64,000 bases of DNA, taken from positions 372,001 to 436,000 of the forward strand of contig CBFDEM010000024.1 of NCBI GenBank assembly GCA_965603825.1, given 5' to 3'. Shown piece after piece: positions 48,701 through 60,088 of the stretch; position 1 is the stretch's first letter; each line of letters begins with the position of its first letter. Position numbers and translations under genes: made by a program. The notes below the pieces were generated by a model. The model was not told the DNA's origin. It searched no databases and was given only the letters and a program-made list of their open reading frames with translations. This stretch comes from Blepharisma stoltei ATCC 30299. Taxonomy: Eukaryota > Protista > Ciliophora.

Positions 48701-50833
48701 ACAATAAGAAGTGCTTCTCAGAGGCTGCTAGATTGTGATAGAGCAACAATGTTCATCAGGGAAGGGAAGTGTATGGTCATCAAAGCACAAGGACTTGAAC
48801 AAGAAATCCCAGTTGGCTTTAGCATTCCAATTGGAAAAGGAATTATTGGAAATGTCGCACAAACAGGTCAGACAGAAAACATCAAAGATGTATATGCAGA
48901 TCCAAGGTTTAATCCAGAAGTAGATAGGTCAACTGGCTATAAAACTTCGACTATGCTGTGCATGCCAGTTTTAGACCCTCAAGGAGATGTTATTGCTGCT
49001 TTACAAATGATCAACAAGAGAAAAGGATACTTTGACAGCAGTGATGAAGAAACATTGGAAATTTTCTGCGAAATCATCTCGACGGTTTTGCAGAACTGGA
49101 ATCTTTTCCAGCATCAAATTGAAGAAAGGTCAAGGTTCTTGAATATTTTAAACAGTATTGGGAATTATATTTTGGTGTTAAATACTGAAGGGATGCTTGA
49201 ATATTGCAATAAATCATTCGAAAGCCTTTTTGGGGTCCCAGAAAAAATTGCAAGAAAATCTCACTATTCAAGTTGGCTGAGACAGAATAGACAGCTAGTG
49301 TATGATATCACAAGCATTTATCAAAAAACTTCGAAAAGGATCCACAGAGCCTCACAGAAAATCCTATCAATACCAATTAAAAGAACCAGGACATTGCCGA
49401 ACTTAAGAAGTTTCAGCTTGCTAGATTCCAAAGATATGGTCGTTAACTACACCATTGCAGCACTCCAAGATTTCTTCAACCTGGATTCTTCTGGGATTGT
49501 CCTGATATTTGAAGATGCAACTGCAATTGAAGAGCTCAACATGAAATTCCTGAAAATGCAGAATGAATTGTTAGCACTTAAGAACCCAGTTTACTCAGAA
49601 ACTTCACTTCAGCGCTGCATACAAAAGCTTGGCTTGATTGCGTCTGCATCTAGCATGGATTCTGATAATTCGCAGCAAATATACGAAATAGTAAAAACCT
49701 TGAAAGAAGGAAACCTCAACAGAGCTGAAGTCACTTTTCCTGCTGATTTACAAACACTAAGCGCAGAAATTAAGCAAGGTCTAAAAGCTTATGCAGGGTT
49801 AGAAGAAGTTACAGAGACTCCACGACTGCCAACCCCAACTTCCCGCTCCCAAAGAGCTAAATCAGACTTTTTGACTGTGAATATCGAAGAATTGCGAGAT
49901 ATTGACATAAACATGTTCGAAGTCGAAAACCATTTCCAATACGTCTTTTCTATGCTTGAAGATTTTGACCTTATCAACCAATTTAACATCCCTCAAGATA
50001 AACTTGAAAATTTTGTAGGAGATGTTAAAGAGCATTATGAAATCTATATGAACCCGTTCCACAACTTTAACCATGGGATGAATGTAATGCATGCATCATA
50101 TCTTTTACTTGCTTCTACAGCAGGAGCCTCATTCTTTGGTCCACTTGAAATATTTTCATTTTTCATTGCAGCTTTATGCCATGATGTTGAACATACAGGA
50201 AAAACCAATGCTTTTGAAATGAACAGAGAAAGCCACTTGGCTATAATTTACAATGATAAATCAGTCCTAGAGAACCATCATGCAGCGATGACCTTCAAAC
50301 TGTTGCAGTCTGATCGAAACAACATAATACAATCTCTTACACCAGATTTTAGAAAAACGTTTAGAAAACTCGTAATAGTCAGCATTTTAGGCACAGACAT
50401 GGTAAAACACTTCCCAATGATTTCTAATATGAATGCTAGATTCAAAGATATGCATGAAAATCCTCTAGGCACCAGAGACTCAGATATTGATGACGTTGCA
50501 GCGTTTCTATTGCATTGTGCTGATTTGGCACATCCTTGCAAGAGGACAGACGTTTATCAAATGTGGTCACAAAAAGTATGTGAGGAGTTTACCAGACAGT
50601 ATGAGGAAGAGGTACGAATTGGACTTCCGCCCACTGAAATTATGAAAGATTTGCATAAGCCTGAAGTTTATTATAGCAATGAGCTTGGATTTTTGAAGTT
50701 TGTTATTAAGCCGCTTTGGGAGTGTGCGAACTTGTGGCTGCATCCACACATAGATAAAATGCTGGAGAATTTGAATGGAAATATTGATTTCTATCAAAAA
50801 CGTAAAGAAGAGTACGAAAAGCATGATAAATAG
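45758..50833 (+). CDS. Class I cyclic-nucleotide phosphodiesterase with multiple GAF domains and a PAS-like domain, 1691 aa
   Basis: FHNFNH, HDVEH, LENHH, TDM, HCADL; GAF DPRFNPEVDRSTGYKT...NKRKGYFDSSDE; joined through TGA 45971 and 47099. Confidence 0.93.
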
Positions 50834-50858
50834 AAATTTATAATTAGTTTATATTAAT

Positions 50859-52421
50859 ATGGATGAGGCTCTAAATAGTTTCAGAAGCTTACTTAGCGAA
50901 TTTAGCCAAGATGACAACACTGCAAAGGAAAACTTGATTAACTCATATACAGCACTTGCTTATTCTGTTAAAAAGCCAGAAGATATTACAGAAGAATTTA
51001 TTTTAGCTTTGCATCAATTTGCTGATCTGGATATAGCATTTCCCCAGTTTTTCGGATTTTGTGGATATGATATTTTGGAGCCAACTATTCTTTTGCAGAT
51101 TATCGCATTTGATAATAAAACTGAGCCTCTAGGAACTATTTCTAATCTAATAGGAATAAAATCAAGGCCAAAAGAATTGCAAATCCAACTTAATGCTATT
51201 GCTTCATATCTTAGATCAAACTCTGAGGAACATCCTTTAGAGCAGTTTAGTGCGAGCCTACAAAATGAGCGCGAAGATGTGCTTAACACATTTAAAACAG
51301 TCATTCTATTTTATGTGCCATACATCTTGCAGAACCTTTCTAATAAAGATTTATCAAGAAGCTTAGAAGAATTCAAATATTTGTGAAATTTTTTCGATAA
51401 AGATATCAACATTTATAATAACTTTCTCAGCTCAGAATCGATGCTACAATTTTTGAATGTTATAAAAGCTAGAAAAATTGATTTGAAAAAGGAAGCTTAC
51501 AATCAAAGCTTAAATTTATTACTAACATTTGCAGCATTTTATGAGAAAGCTGGGATTTCACAAGAAAACAAAGAAATAGTGATAGATTTAATTGAAGAAA
51601 TTTGTGGAAGCTATATGATGATAATCAATAATTGAATTAATAAAGAAACTGTCACTCAAAACTTTTCTGATGGACTTTCTGTATTAACAGAAGAGGTATC
51701 TTGCAAGCGAGCAATGAAATTTCCTTTGATATTATCTCCTTTAAGAAGACTTCAAATATTTTTGCCAATAGTTTCAGCAAGTGCTAAAAGCTTGCCAAAT
51801 ACATTTTTAAATGTTACAAGTCATTGCTTATACCATTTCAACGAAAAGTTTGGAAACGTAGCATCTCCCACACTTTTGGTTCCTAAAAAAGTGTCCTCAG
51901 AAGACATATGTGTTGCATTCTTAGATGTAGCTGGAGGAATGTTCGAAGCCAAACTTAGAAATGACATTTTAAAGCTTTTCGAACAGTTTTTAGAAAAATT
52001 CCAGAGGCATCATTACATCAACATATTAAAAAACACAATCATTATATACCCACATGATCGGGCAAAGGGAATGCTGATTGATTATCTAACTAAAGATTTA
52101 ACAAAAGGTTTTGCAGTTGGCTATGAAAAATACATCGAAATCATCAAAGAAACTCTTGCACTTAGACCTTTGCTTGACTATTTGGATTCTTATTTAGCTG
52201 CAATTAGCCTGTACAAGATTTTAGTAGGGAAACTAAAAGACATGGGAATGAGGCAAGATTTGGGTGTCAAACCTTTGCTTGAAGAAATTTATAAAGAACT
52301 TTCAACACTTTATGATGTAGATCGAAGCCAGCATAAAGTTGGGCTTGTGCTGTGGAGTATTAAAGATGCTGAAGAGTTAGACAAGCCACTTTTCAAAAGG
52401 GTGCCTAAGAATAATAAATAA
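50859..52421 (+). CDS. Helical protein, 520 aa, possibly glomulin/ALF4/Ybp-like
   Basis: Three ORFs in one frame through TGA; LLDYLDSYLAAISLYKIL resembles the glomulin C-terminal motif from memory. Confidence 0.5.
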
Positions 52422-53762
52422 TGATAAATGAAGTAATAAAATTTTCCAGCTCAGGGTTTGTCGAGCATCTCAAAGGCAAATAATATACAGATGTTGGCGA
52501 AGAAACTGATGGCATTTTTGATGAGAAAATTGAACAAAAAAGACCTAAAAGAGCTTCAGATCTTTATTGATACTCAGGATTAATACTTCTTGCATGTGTA
52601 ATCATCTCTTGATTGCCTTCAATTCTGCTATTTTTATTTGCAATTTGTGCCCCAATTGTAAGAATAATTTTAGCCAGGGTTATTGGACCTTTATAGGATG
52701 AAAAGAATAACTAAGGCTGTCGAAACTCTTGAAAAACATTTTAGTATTTTATCTTGTATTTATGCTGAGTTGTTAAAGCTTAGTTTTCAATTAGAAAACC
52801 TTAAAAAACGAAAGCCAGAATTCTTAGGAGAAATTGTTGAAAGAGATTATTTTCAAGATTTAGCTTCTTTGCATAGCTTATTTGTAGATGAACTCAAAAT
52901 CCCTACCTTCGATAGCAATTCTTCACATAAACAATTGCTAAATAAGCTTCAGTATTTTATAAATAAATCAAAGCTTCAGTCATACGCAGATCCAAACAGT
53001 TTTAATAGTACACTTTCTACGTTAAATAGAGCACTTGAGGAGAAAATTAATCTTTTCAAAGAGTCAAAGGCAGGAATTTTAGTTATAATAGATTCATTGA
53101 CAAAAAATGAATCAGTTTTAGATGAATTTAGTTATGAAACAAAAGAGCTACTAAGACATAAGAATGAAACAATTATTTATTATCATCATATTAAGGAATT
53201 AATTGAAATAAAACCTGAAGCTCGATCTCAAAAGCTAAAAGAGATTGATAAGCAATTTATAGTCCTACAAAAATTACACTTAGCAACAATTGCTACTTTT
53301 TCAAAGGATGTAAAAAAAGTGCAGGAAAATGAAGAAGAGAAAAATGAATGTAAACCAATAGAAGAAGCTTCAAATAATGAATTAAAAGAGCTAGATGAAG
53401 AGACTGAAAATAATGATATGTGGTGTGTGATTGAAGGAGAAGGAGGAAAAGACCAAAAAAGAAAAAAGAAGATTCAAACTGAAGATTATATCACTGAAAA
53501 AATTGGTGAGCAAACAATAGAAGAACTAAAAACAAAGTTAAAGCAGCCAAAAGGACCTGTTCTATATAAAGCTGTTGACCCAGAAACAGGAAAAGTTACA
53601 ACATCACAAGAAGAAATCTATAAACAATCAACTATCTCGGCTATAGCACCTAAAGAAATAAATATGAATTTCGATCCAGTTCCTCATGTATCTATGAACA
53701 GTTTGATGTCAGAACTCAAGCAAGCATTTAAAGTAAATAAAGAAAGCTTGCCTTCAATCTAA
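52421..53762 (+). CDS. Membrane-anchored coiled-coil protein, possibly vezatin-like; introns 52476-52490 (GC-AG) and 52658-52673 (16 nt)
   Basis: Spliced length 1311 nt = 437 codons; MINEVIKFSSSGFVEHLKDVG, hydrophobic hairpin WYSGLILLACVIISWLPSILLFLFAICAPI, then the 52683 ORF. Confidence 0.6.
52476..52490 (+). other. Putative 15-nt GC-AG intron
   Basis: GCAAATAATATACAG, A at position 10, contains an in-frame TAA. Confidence 0.6.
52658..52673 (+). other. Putative 16-nt intron
   Basis: GTAAGAATAATTTTAG; removal shifts the upstream frame into the 359-aa ORF. Confidence 0.75.
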
Positions 53763-53854
53763 ATATATCTTCTTTTTCTACGAAATACCTCATAATTCGT
53801 ATATGATTTATAAGTCCCTGTTAAAACTTATAATTATCTCAAAAATTTAAATAA

Positions 53855-55795
53855 TTAATTGTTACTTAGCTCATTTCCTAGAATTTGATCAAAAGTAAGC
53901 TTCGGTTGAGGTTTCAAAAATGGCATGCCAAGCAGCTTTATCAATTTGCTTGATCTTACCATTTCTGTCCTTCTTGTGTGCCCAGTTTTTTGTGCAACAA
54001 TTGAAGGGCCTTTACTTTGCAGCATCCTTCCTAATGCAACACACAATTTTTCATTAGGACTGTCTATCGGTATCTTACTTTCCAAGCAGCAATATGCAAT
54101 TCCGTCAATCATTTGGTTTATGCTGATCCCTTCCGTTCTCTCACTTAATTGCTGTCCTGCTACTTCTTTGTAATCATTTTCATATAAATTTAAATAAACT
54201 TGATTAAGTTTTCCTTTTGTCACTAAATCTGGATATATAGAAAAATCAGTGGCAAATTGTATAAAGCTTTGCGAAGATATTTTATTTTGGTGATTCAGAT
54301 AAACTTTAGCATAAACCTCGAGTGTGTTATGCCATATATCAAGTGTTTTTTCTGTTGATAGGTCATGAATTAAATCTTTTATTGAAGTTGACCTTAGAGT
54401 GCTTTGTGATTTCCTAGGGGTTTTTAACAATGAGTGAATAAAAATTTCTAATTCATCTTCATCATTAGGATCCTTTATCAATTTCTTTGATATTATTTCC
54501 AATGATTTAATAAATTGATTAAAAGTCATTTTTCCTGACTCTCCTGCAGCTTGAAAAACAAACTTTGGAGAAAGCACTCCATCATCAATGAAATGTGGCC
54601 TCTGCACCAAAGAAAAATAAATAATTTCAAGCTCTTGCCTTTTCAAGCAATATTCTGATTCACTATGCAATAGTCCAGCATCTTCAAAAACCTTGACATA
54701 CTGAAATGGCGACAGCAATTTTTGACTAGAAATTGTTCCATATGAGCAATAATCTCGAAAAACGTCTTCGATTTCACTCCATTTCGATTCCAAAAGTCCA
54801 CTAAACTTTCCTCTTCTATCTAAAACAAATCGTTCAGACTTTATCAGATCTCTGGAAACAGATGTAGAAGCTAATGAAAATTTCTGAGTGGATGATAAAG
54901 AAAGCTTGTTTGAATAGGGCTTGCTTATTTTAGAGTGCCAGTTAGAAAACCCATTCGATCTTTCCATTCTTGAAAGAATGAATTCTGTTCTTTCTCTGAC
55001 TGTAGAAAACTCTTGGTGAAATTTGCCATAAATGGCTGTTCTTAGCAGAAACAATAGAAATTTTTTTAAAGTAAAAGCTCTCCCTTTATCGTTGATATTA
55101 AAATATTTGAGCTCAGGAATGTCTTCATTTGACTCTACTAAATCTTGCCATATTTTCAATAAAAGTGCCCTTGGTAAAATATATGGAGTAATCATAAACT
55201 CCGTTACTAGGGTAAATAGTGATGCTCATGACTTTTTACTTAGTATGCTTTTATCTTCTGGTGCAACATCTTCCCAGGGGAAATATGCTTTATATATTTC
55301 TTGTAAAACAAATATTGAGTCTTGCAAAACTCTTGCTGAGTCAGTATCAAAGTCAAAATCAGACTGATTGAATGTATCGACTTGTCCTTGCTCTTTTAAA
55401 GCATCATACAAAGGAAAAATATGTGCGTCTATCATAGATACTAAGCCTTGGTATGAGTGATTGCCTTTTTCCATAAGTGATGCAGATATCTTAACCATAA
55501 TTTCGCAAAAATTATCAAACGATATGCATTTATCACGCTTTGCTTCTGAACTAATAATTATATCGCATTCTTCTCTGCTTAATAAATTTGGAAGGATCTG
55601 TATATCTCGTAAAAATTTTGAAAGTTTAGGAAGCGTTAATAAATTTGTGTTGTTTCTGGACCCTAAGCATGAGTAATGTAAATATAAACGCCTGAGCTTA
55701 TTTTTTATTTCAAGCGGTGTCTTTCCTTCTGCAATTGATTTTGTTGATTGTGGCGAATGAAAATGCTCAAAGCTTGAAGTAAATTTTGATTCCAT
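53855..55795 (-). CDS. Protein with tandem p25-alpha/EF-hand-like repeats, 646 aa
   Basis: LYLHYSCLG...KFLRDIQIL...ISFDNF and VFRDYCSYG...KVFEDAGLL...MTFNQF; joined through TGA 55226-55228. Confidence 0.7.
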
Positions 55796-56092
55796 ATCTT
55801 GCTTGAATAAAATATGTTACAACTTTATAATTTAATAAAATAAAATTTGAGACAAAAAATAATAATAAATCATAGAATAACTGAATCATAAAATTATTCA
55901 ATCTATAATTTTTTATTTTTTAAAAAATTCCATAGCAATACGAGTGACTTGATCTAAGCTTGCAATAATCTGAGCATGCTATTCAAGCACTCTAATTATT
56001 ATAGGAGTAATTAAAAGTAATATCCGATACTTCCTTATATAATCCTATCAGTTCATATTTCAACGACAAAATAAACTTAAAATATCACAGTA

Positions 56093-57766
56093 ATGGATTC
56101 ATCTTCAAGCTCAGATGAAGAAGAAGTGAGAGGGAACGAAATCGTTCTCAATGTCGCCAATACTCAATACGAAGTAGTCCAAGAAGTCGCTAACATTCTA
56201 GGCTGAAAAATAAGTTTTGACCCAGAAGATTCTGAAGCAGATGTTTATTGGCAAGACTCTGCTTTATCTCCAGAAAAGCTTTCTCAGCTGAAGACATTTC
56301 AGCGAATTAACCATTTTCCTGGGATGTACGCAGTGGCTAGAAAAGACCATCTTGGCAAAAATTTAAAAGCAATGAAACTGATGTTCCCTGAACATTATAA
56401 CTTTTTTCCTCCTACTTGGATATTACCTAAAGACTTTAACGATCTTAAAACTCAGTTTAACTCTAAAAGAGCAAAAACCTTTATATGCAAGCCTGAAGCA
56501 TCTTGCCAAGGTCGTGGGATATTTTTAACAAGAAAGTTAGACGAAATCCCAGAGCACTGTGTAGTCCAGAGATATCTTCATAAACCTTATCTAATTGATG
56601 GGTTAAAATTTGATCTTCGAGTTTACGTTTTAATAGCTGGCTGCGATCCTTTAAGGATGTTTATTCATAAAGAAGGCTTAGTCAGGCTTGCCACTGTGCC
56701 TTACCAACCACCTGTCACAAGTAATTTGGGCGACATGTGCATGCACTTAACAAATTATGCAATAAATAAATTTAACCCTGATTTCCAATTCAACACGAAT
56801 GAGACTGATGATTATACTGGCCACAAAAGAAGTTTGAGCACATTTATGAAAAAACTTGGAGAGCAGGGCGAAGATGTAGACGCTATTTGGAAAAGAATTA
56901 GCGATGTTATAGTAAAAACTGTTTGCATTGTGCAGCCGCTGTTGTCGCATTTATATCGATCTTGCCAAGCTGCAGATCCTACAAATTCGATCTGTATGCA
57001 GATTTTGGGGTTTGATATATTTTTAGACCATAAGCTTAAAGCACATCTATTAGAAGTCAATCATACCCCAAGCTTTACGACTGATACACCTCTTGATTCA
57101 ATGATTAAAAAAGCTGTGATTGGAGATGCTCTTAGAATGATGGGGCTGCAAAAAGGTAACAGAGCTGAATATTTGCAAAGACATCAAGGAATGGTGTTTT
57201 TAAGGGCTAATAGAGGAATAAAGGAAATAAGAAACATGAGAACTGAGCTGCAGGCTAAATCATTAAAAGAGAAAGAAGAGCTTGAAAAGAAGTTTAGAGG
57301 AGGGTATACAAGGATTTACCCAACAGAAGATAATACACTGTATGAACAATTCATGCTGGCGGCTCGTGATATTTGGCTTACAAATGTAGGAATTAAGCCA
57401 AAAGTCAAAAAAGAAACCAAAGAGCCGAACCCGCCTCAGAAGCTTGCTCAGCCAATTCCTCCTCAAATTCCAGCTGCAACTCCCTCTCCAATTTTAGTTT
57501 CAAAGCCTAATCCTATACCAAAGCCTTTGGGCTCTGCAAATAGTCAAAATATTAATAAGCCTAAAAAGACAGCTGTTTCAGCATCAGTTTATAGATTAAG
57601 CAAAAGTACAGAGCGTCCTAAAGTCGTTAAAGAAACAAAGTTACCTGCATTGAAAATAGTTAACGGAACTTATATTCAGCCTAGACTTTTTGAGTTTAAT
57701 GATTCAGCGTTAACAGTCATAGCAAGAGAAGGATCAATCAAAGCAAGGTTCATGCTTAATGAATAA
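56093..57766 (+). CDS. Tubulin polyglutamylase, TTLL6/13-like, 557 aa
   Basis: INHFPGM, CKPEASCQGRGI, KFDLRVY, HLTNYAINK, LGFDI, LLEVNHTPSF; start 56093 through GW(TGA)K. Confidence 0.92.
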
Positions 57767-57960
57767 ACTGTAAGTGTTAATAAATTTGTCATTTTCATTC
57801 TAATTAGAATATCTTTGTCCTTATGAAAATCAATTCTCTTAAATTAACAGTTTGCTGAAATTAATTTTTTATCAATTTAGCCACAATAATTTATATATGC
57901 TCTACTTGGTTAACAATATAATCCTTTTAATTTCTCATTAATGTGAAATTTTTTGATATT

Positions 57961-58121
57961 AATATTAAATGCAATCCCGATCAGATATCTTCTTTATTCA
58001 CTTTAACTGGCACCAGCAGTGAAATTTTCTTTCTAATTTGATTCTTATTGAAATTAATATTAATTATAATCCCGATCAGATGCCTTCTTCATTTGCTTCA
58101 ACAGGCACAAATACTGAAATT
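57961..58121 (+). repeat. Degenerate direct duplication (about 66 nt, 95-nt offset) of the start region of sterol desaturase paralog B
   Basis: 57961-58026 vs 58056-58121 align ungapped at 52/66 by hand count; the upstream copy has ATA in place of ATG. Confidence 0.8.
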
Positions 58122-59036
58122 GAGAGTCTAAAAGACGTTTTAGGTAACGAAGAAGTTCGCTACGTCCATAAAGGATATGGATTAATAACTGCAGCCTTTC
58201 TCGTCTGTTTTTATTTTTTCATTTTCCCACAACTTGTATTTTCTTTATATATCAGGCTGCCTTATGAAAATAAAGAATTCATGTATACATTTGGACTTAT
58301 CTTTATACATCTGGCAGTTTTCTTTGTGGCGAATATTGGAATATATTTGATATATCACTCTGAAATGCCATTTTTTGAACGCTATAAAATTACAAGTGAG
58401 CCATGGCCATGGATAAAGGATCCTGAAGGATTTAAAGAAATCAGGAAAAATACTATTAAAACTGTAGCGCTGAATCAGCTTGTTATGTATCCTTTGGTTG
58501 TGGTTGTTTCAGGGTATATAGGCAATGTTAACTTTGAAGTCAGCCCAAGTTTGTTCCCTTCTTGGAAAGAATTAATTCCTCAGATTGTGTTTTTTATGGT
58601 CATAGAAGATACTTTCTTTTATTGGTCTCATAGGCTTTTACATACACCACTGTTTTATTCTCTTATACATAAGCAGCATCATGAATATACTAATACAATA
58701 GGAATTGCTTCAGAATACTCCAGTCCTATTGATTTTGTACTTACCAGTGTATTGACATCAGCCATTGGTCCTTTACTATTAAAAGATTGCCACATCGCTA
58801 CACTCTATATGTGAACAGTCTTGCGGATTCTTGAAACAGTTGATGGCCATTGTGGGTATGATTTTTCATGGAGTCCTTTTAGATTGCTTCCTTTTTCTGG
58901 AGGTGCAAACTATCATAACTTCCATCACTCGCATAATGTTTCAAATTATGGGTCTTTTTTTACTTATTGGGATACTATTTGCAAAACCAACTTGCATTAT
59001 TGGAGGTATCTCTCAAAGCAAGAAAAGTGCAATTAA
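58080..59036 (+). CDS. Fatty acid hydroxylase/sterol desaturase superfamily, paralog B
   Basis: MPSSFAST start as in paralog A; HRLLH, HKQHH, HNFHH; TGA 58812-58814 = W. Confidence 0.92.
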
Positions 59037-59224
59037 TATCAAAATAATAAGTTGGTCTTTTTAAAAAAATAATTCTGCATTGTTAATACTTTTTGTTATT
59101 CTTCAAAATTCGCCAATAAATTCCTTCTCAACTGTAAAATGTTAGAGCAAACATATGATAGCTATTAATTGTTTTATAAAAATGAAATTGAATTTATTAT
59201 TTTGCTTAGTAATTTTTTTAAAAC

Positions 59225-59899
59225 ATGAAAGTTCTATTCATACTTGTTAATATGAATTCAATATTTTCTTTTGGTGAAGCAGCAAAATTCAAGCTTCAAA
59301 ATGGTTTTCAACATCAAAGACATTTTTCACCTATAAATGAGGTTTTAAATGTCAAGAATGAGTCAAGATCAAGCATACAAAGAAGATTTTCAAATATCCG
59401 GGATGAGAAAATATCAGGAGATTTGGATGATTTAAAGCGAATAATTGAGAAATGCATTCGGTCAAAGTCTAACCCTAGAAACTCTTCCTGGCACAAGGAT
59501 GAAGAAGATATCAAAATATTGAATAATGATTCAGAAAGGAGATATGACAGCAAGCCCAAGCAGAAACTCAAAAAAAGTGAATTTTTAGCTCAAAAGCCTA
59601 AGAAGAAAAAACATAAAATACCATCTTTAGTAATCTCGAATCGAACACCATCTCCTAACATTTTTTTGAGCAAGCCAGTTAGCTTTCCAAATAACGCCAG
59701 AATTTCGAAAGATTTAGATAAAGTTCGGCAAAATATAAAGCAAAGGCTGCTTTATTTATCAAAATTAAAAGATACCTCCGGCAATGGCAGATTTGACAAT
59801 ATGGAAAACAATCTAGCTTCAAATTCATTATTATTAAAATCAGTTCAACTGTTTTCGCCTATACATAAAATTTCAAAAACACCTACAAGCTTCAACTAA
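59225..59899 (+). CDS. Hypothetical basic low-complexity protein
   Basis: 224-aa ORF; start may be the second Met. Confidence 0.6.
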   Translation: MKVLFILVNMNSIFSFGEAAKFKLQNGFQHQRHFSPINEVLNVKNESRSSIQRRFSNIRDEKISGDLDDLKRIIEKCIRSKSNPRNSSWHKDEEDIKILNNDSERRYDSKPKQKLKKSEFLAQKPKKKKHKIPSLVISNRTPSPNIFLSKPVSFPNNARISKDLDKVRQNIKQRLLYLSKLKDTSGNGRFDNMENNLASNSLLLKSVQLFSPIHKISKTPTSFN

Positions 59900-60088
59900 T
59901 ATTAAAAGAGTTATTAATAGCATCTTATTACATTAAATAATTAATATTATCACCTTAAATTTGCCCATAATTTTGTAATCTTCTATCTTAACTAATAAGC
60001 TGTTCAATTTTAATGCAGGTACAAAAAGTTTCATCAATAATAATTACCTTAATAAATGAATTTGATAGCAAATGACTGCTAGTAATTA

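Noticed and set aside
1134-59036. Many genes as pseudogenes with premature TGA stops, or as selenoproteins
   Set aside because: TGAs sit at Trp-conserved positions in conserved genes, frames continue without other damage, and TGA swaps with TGG between paralogs
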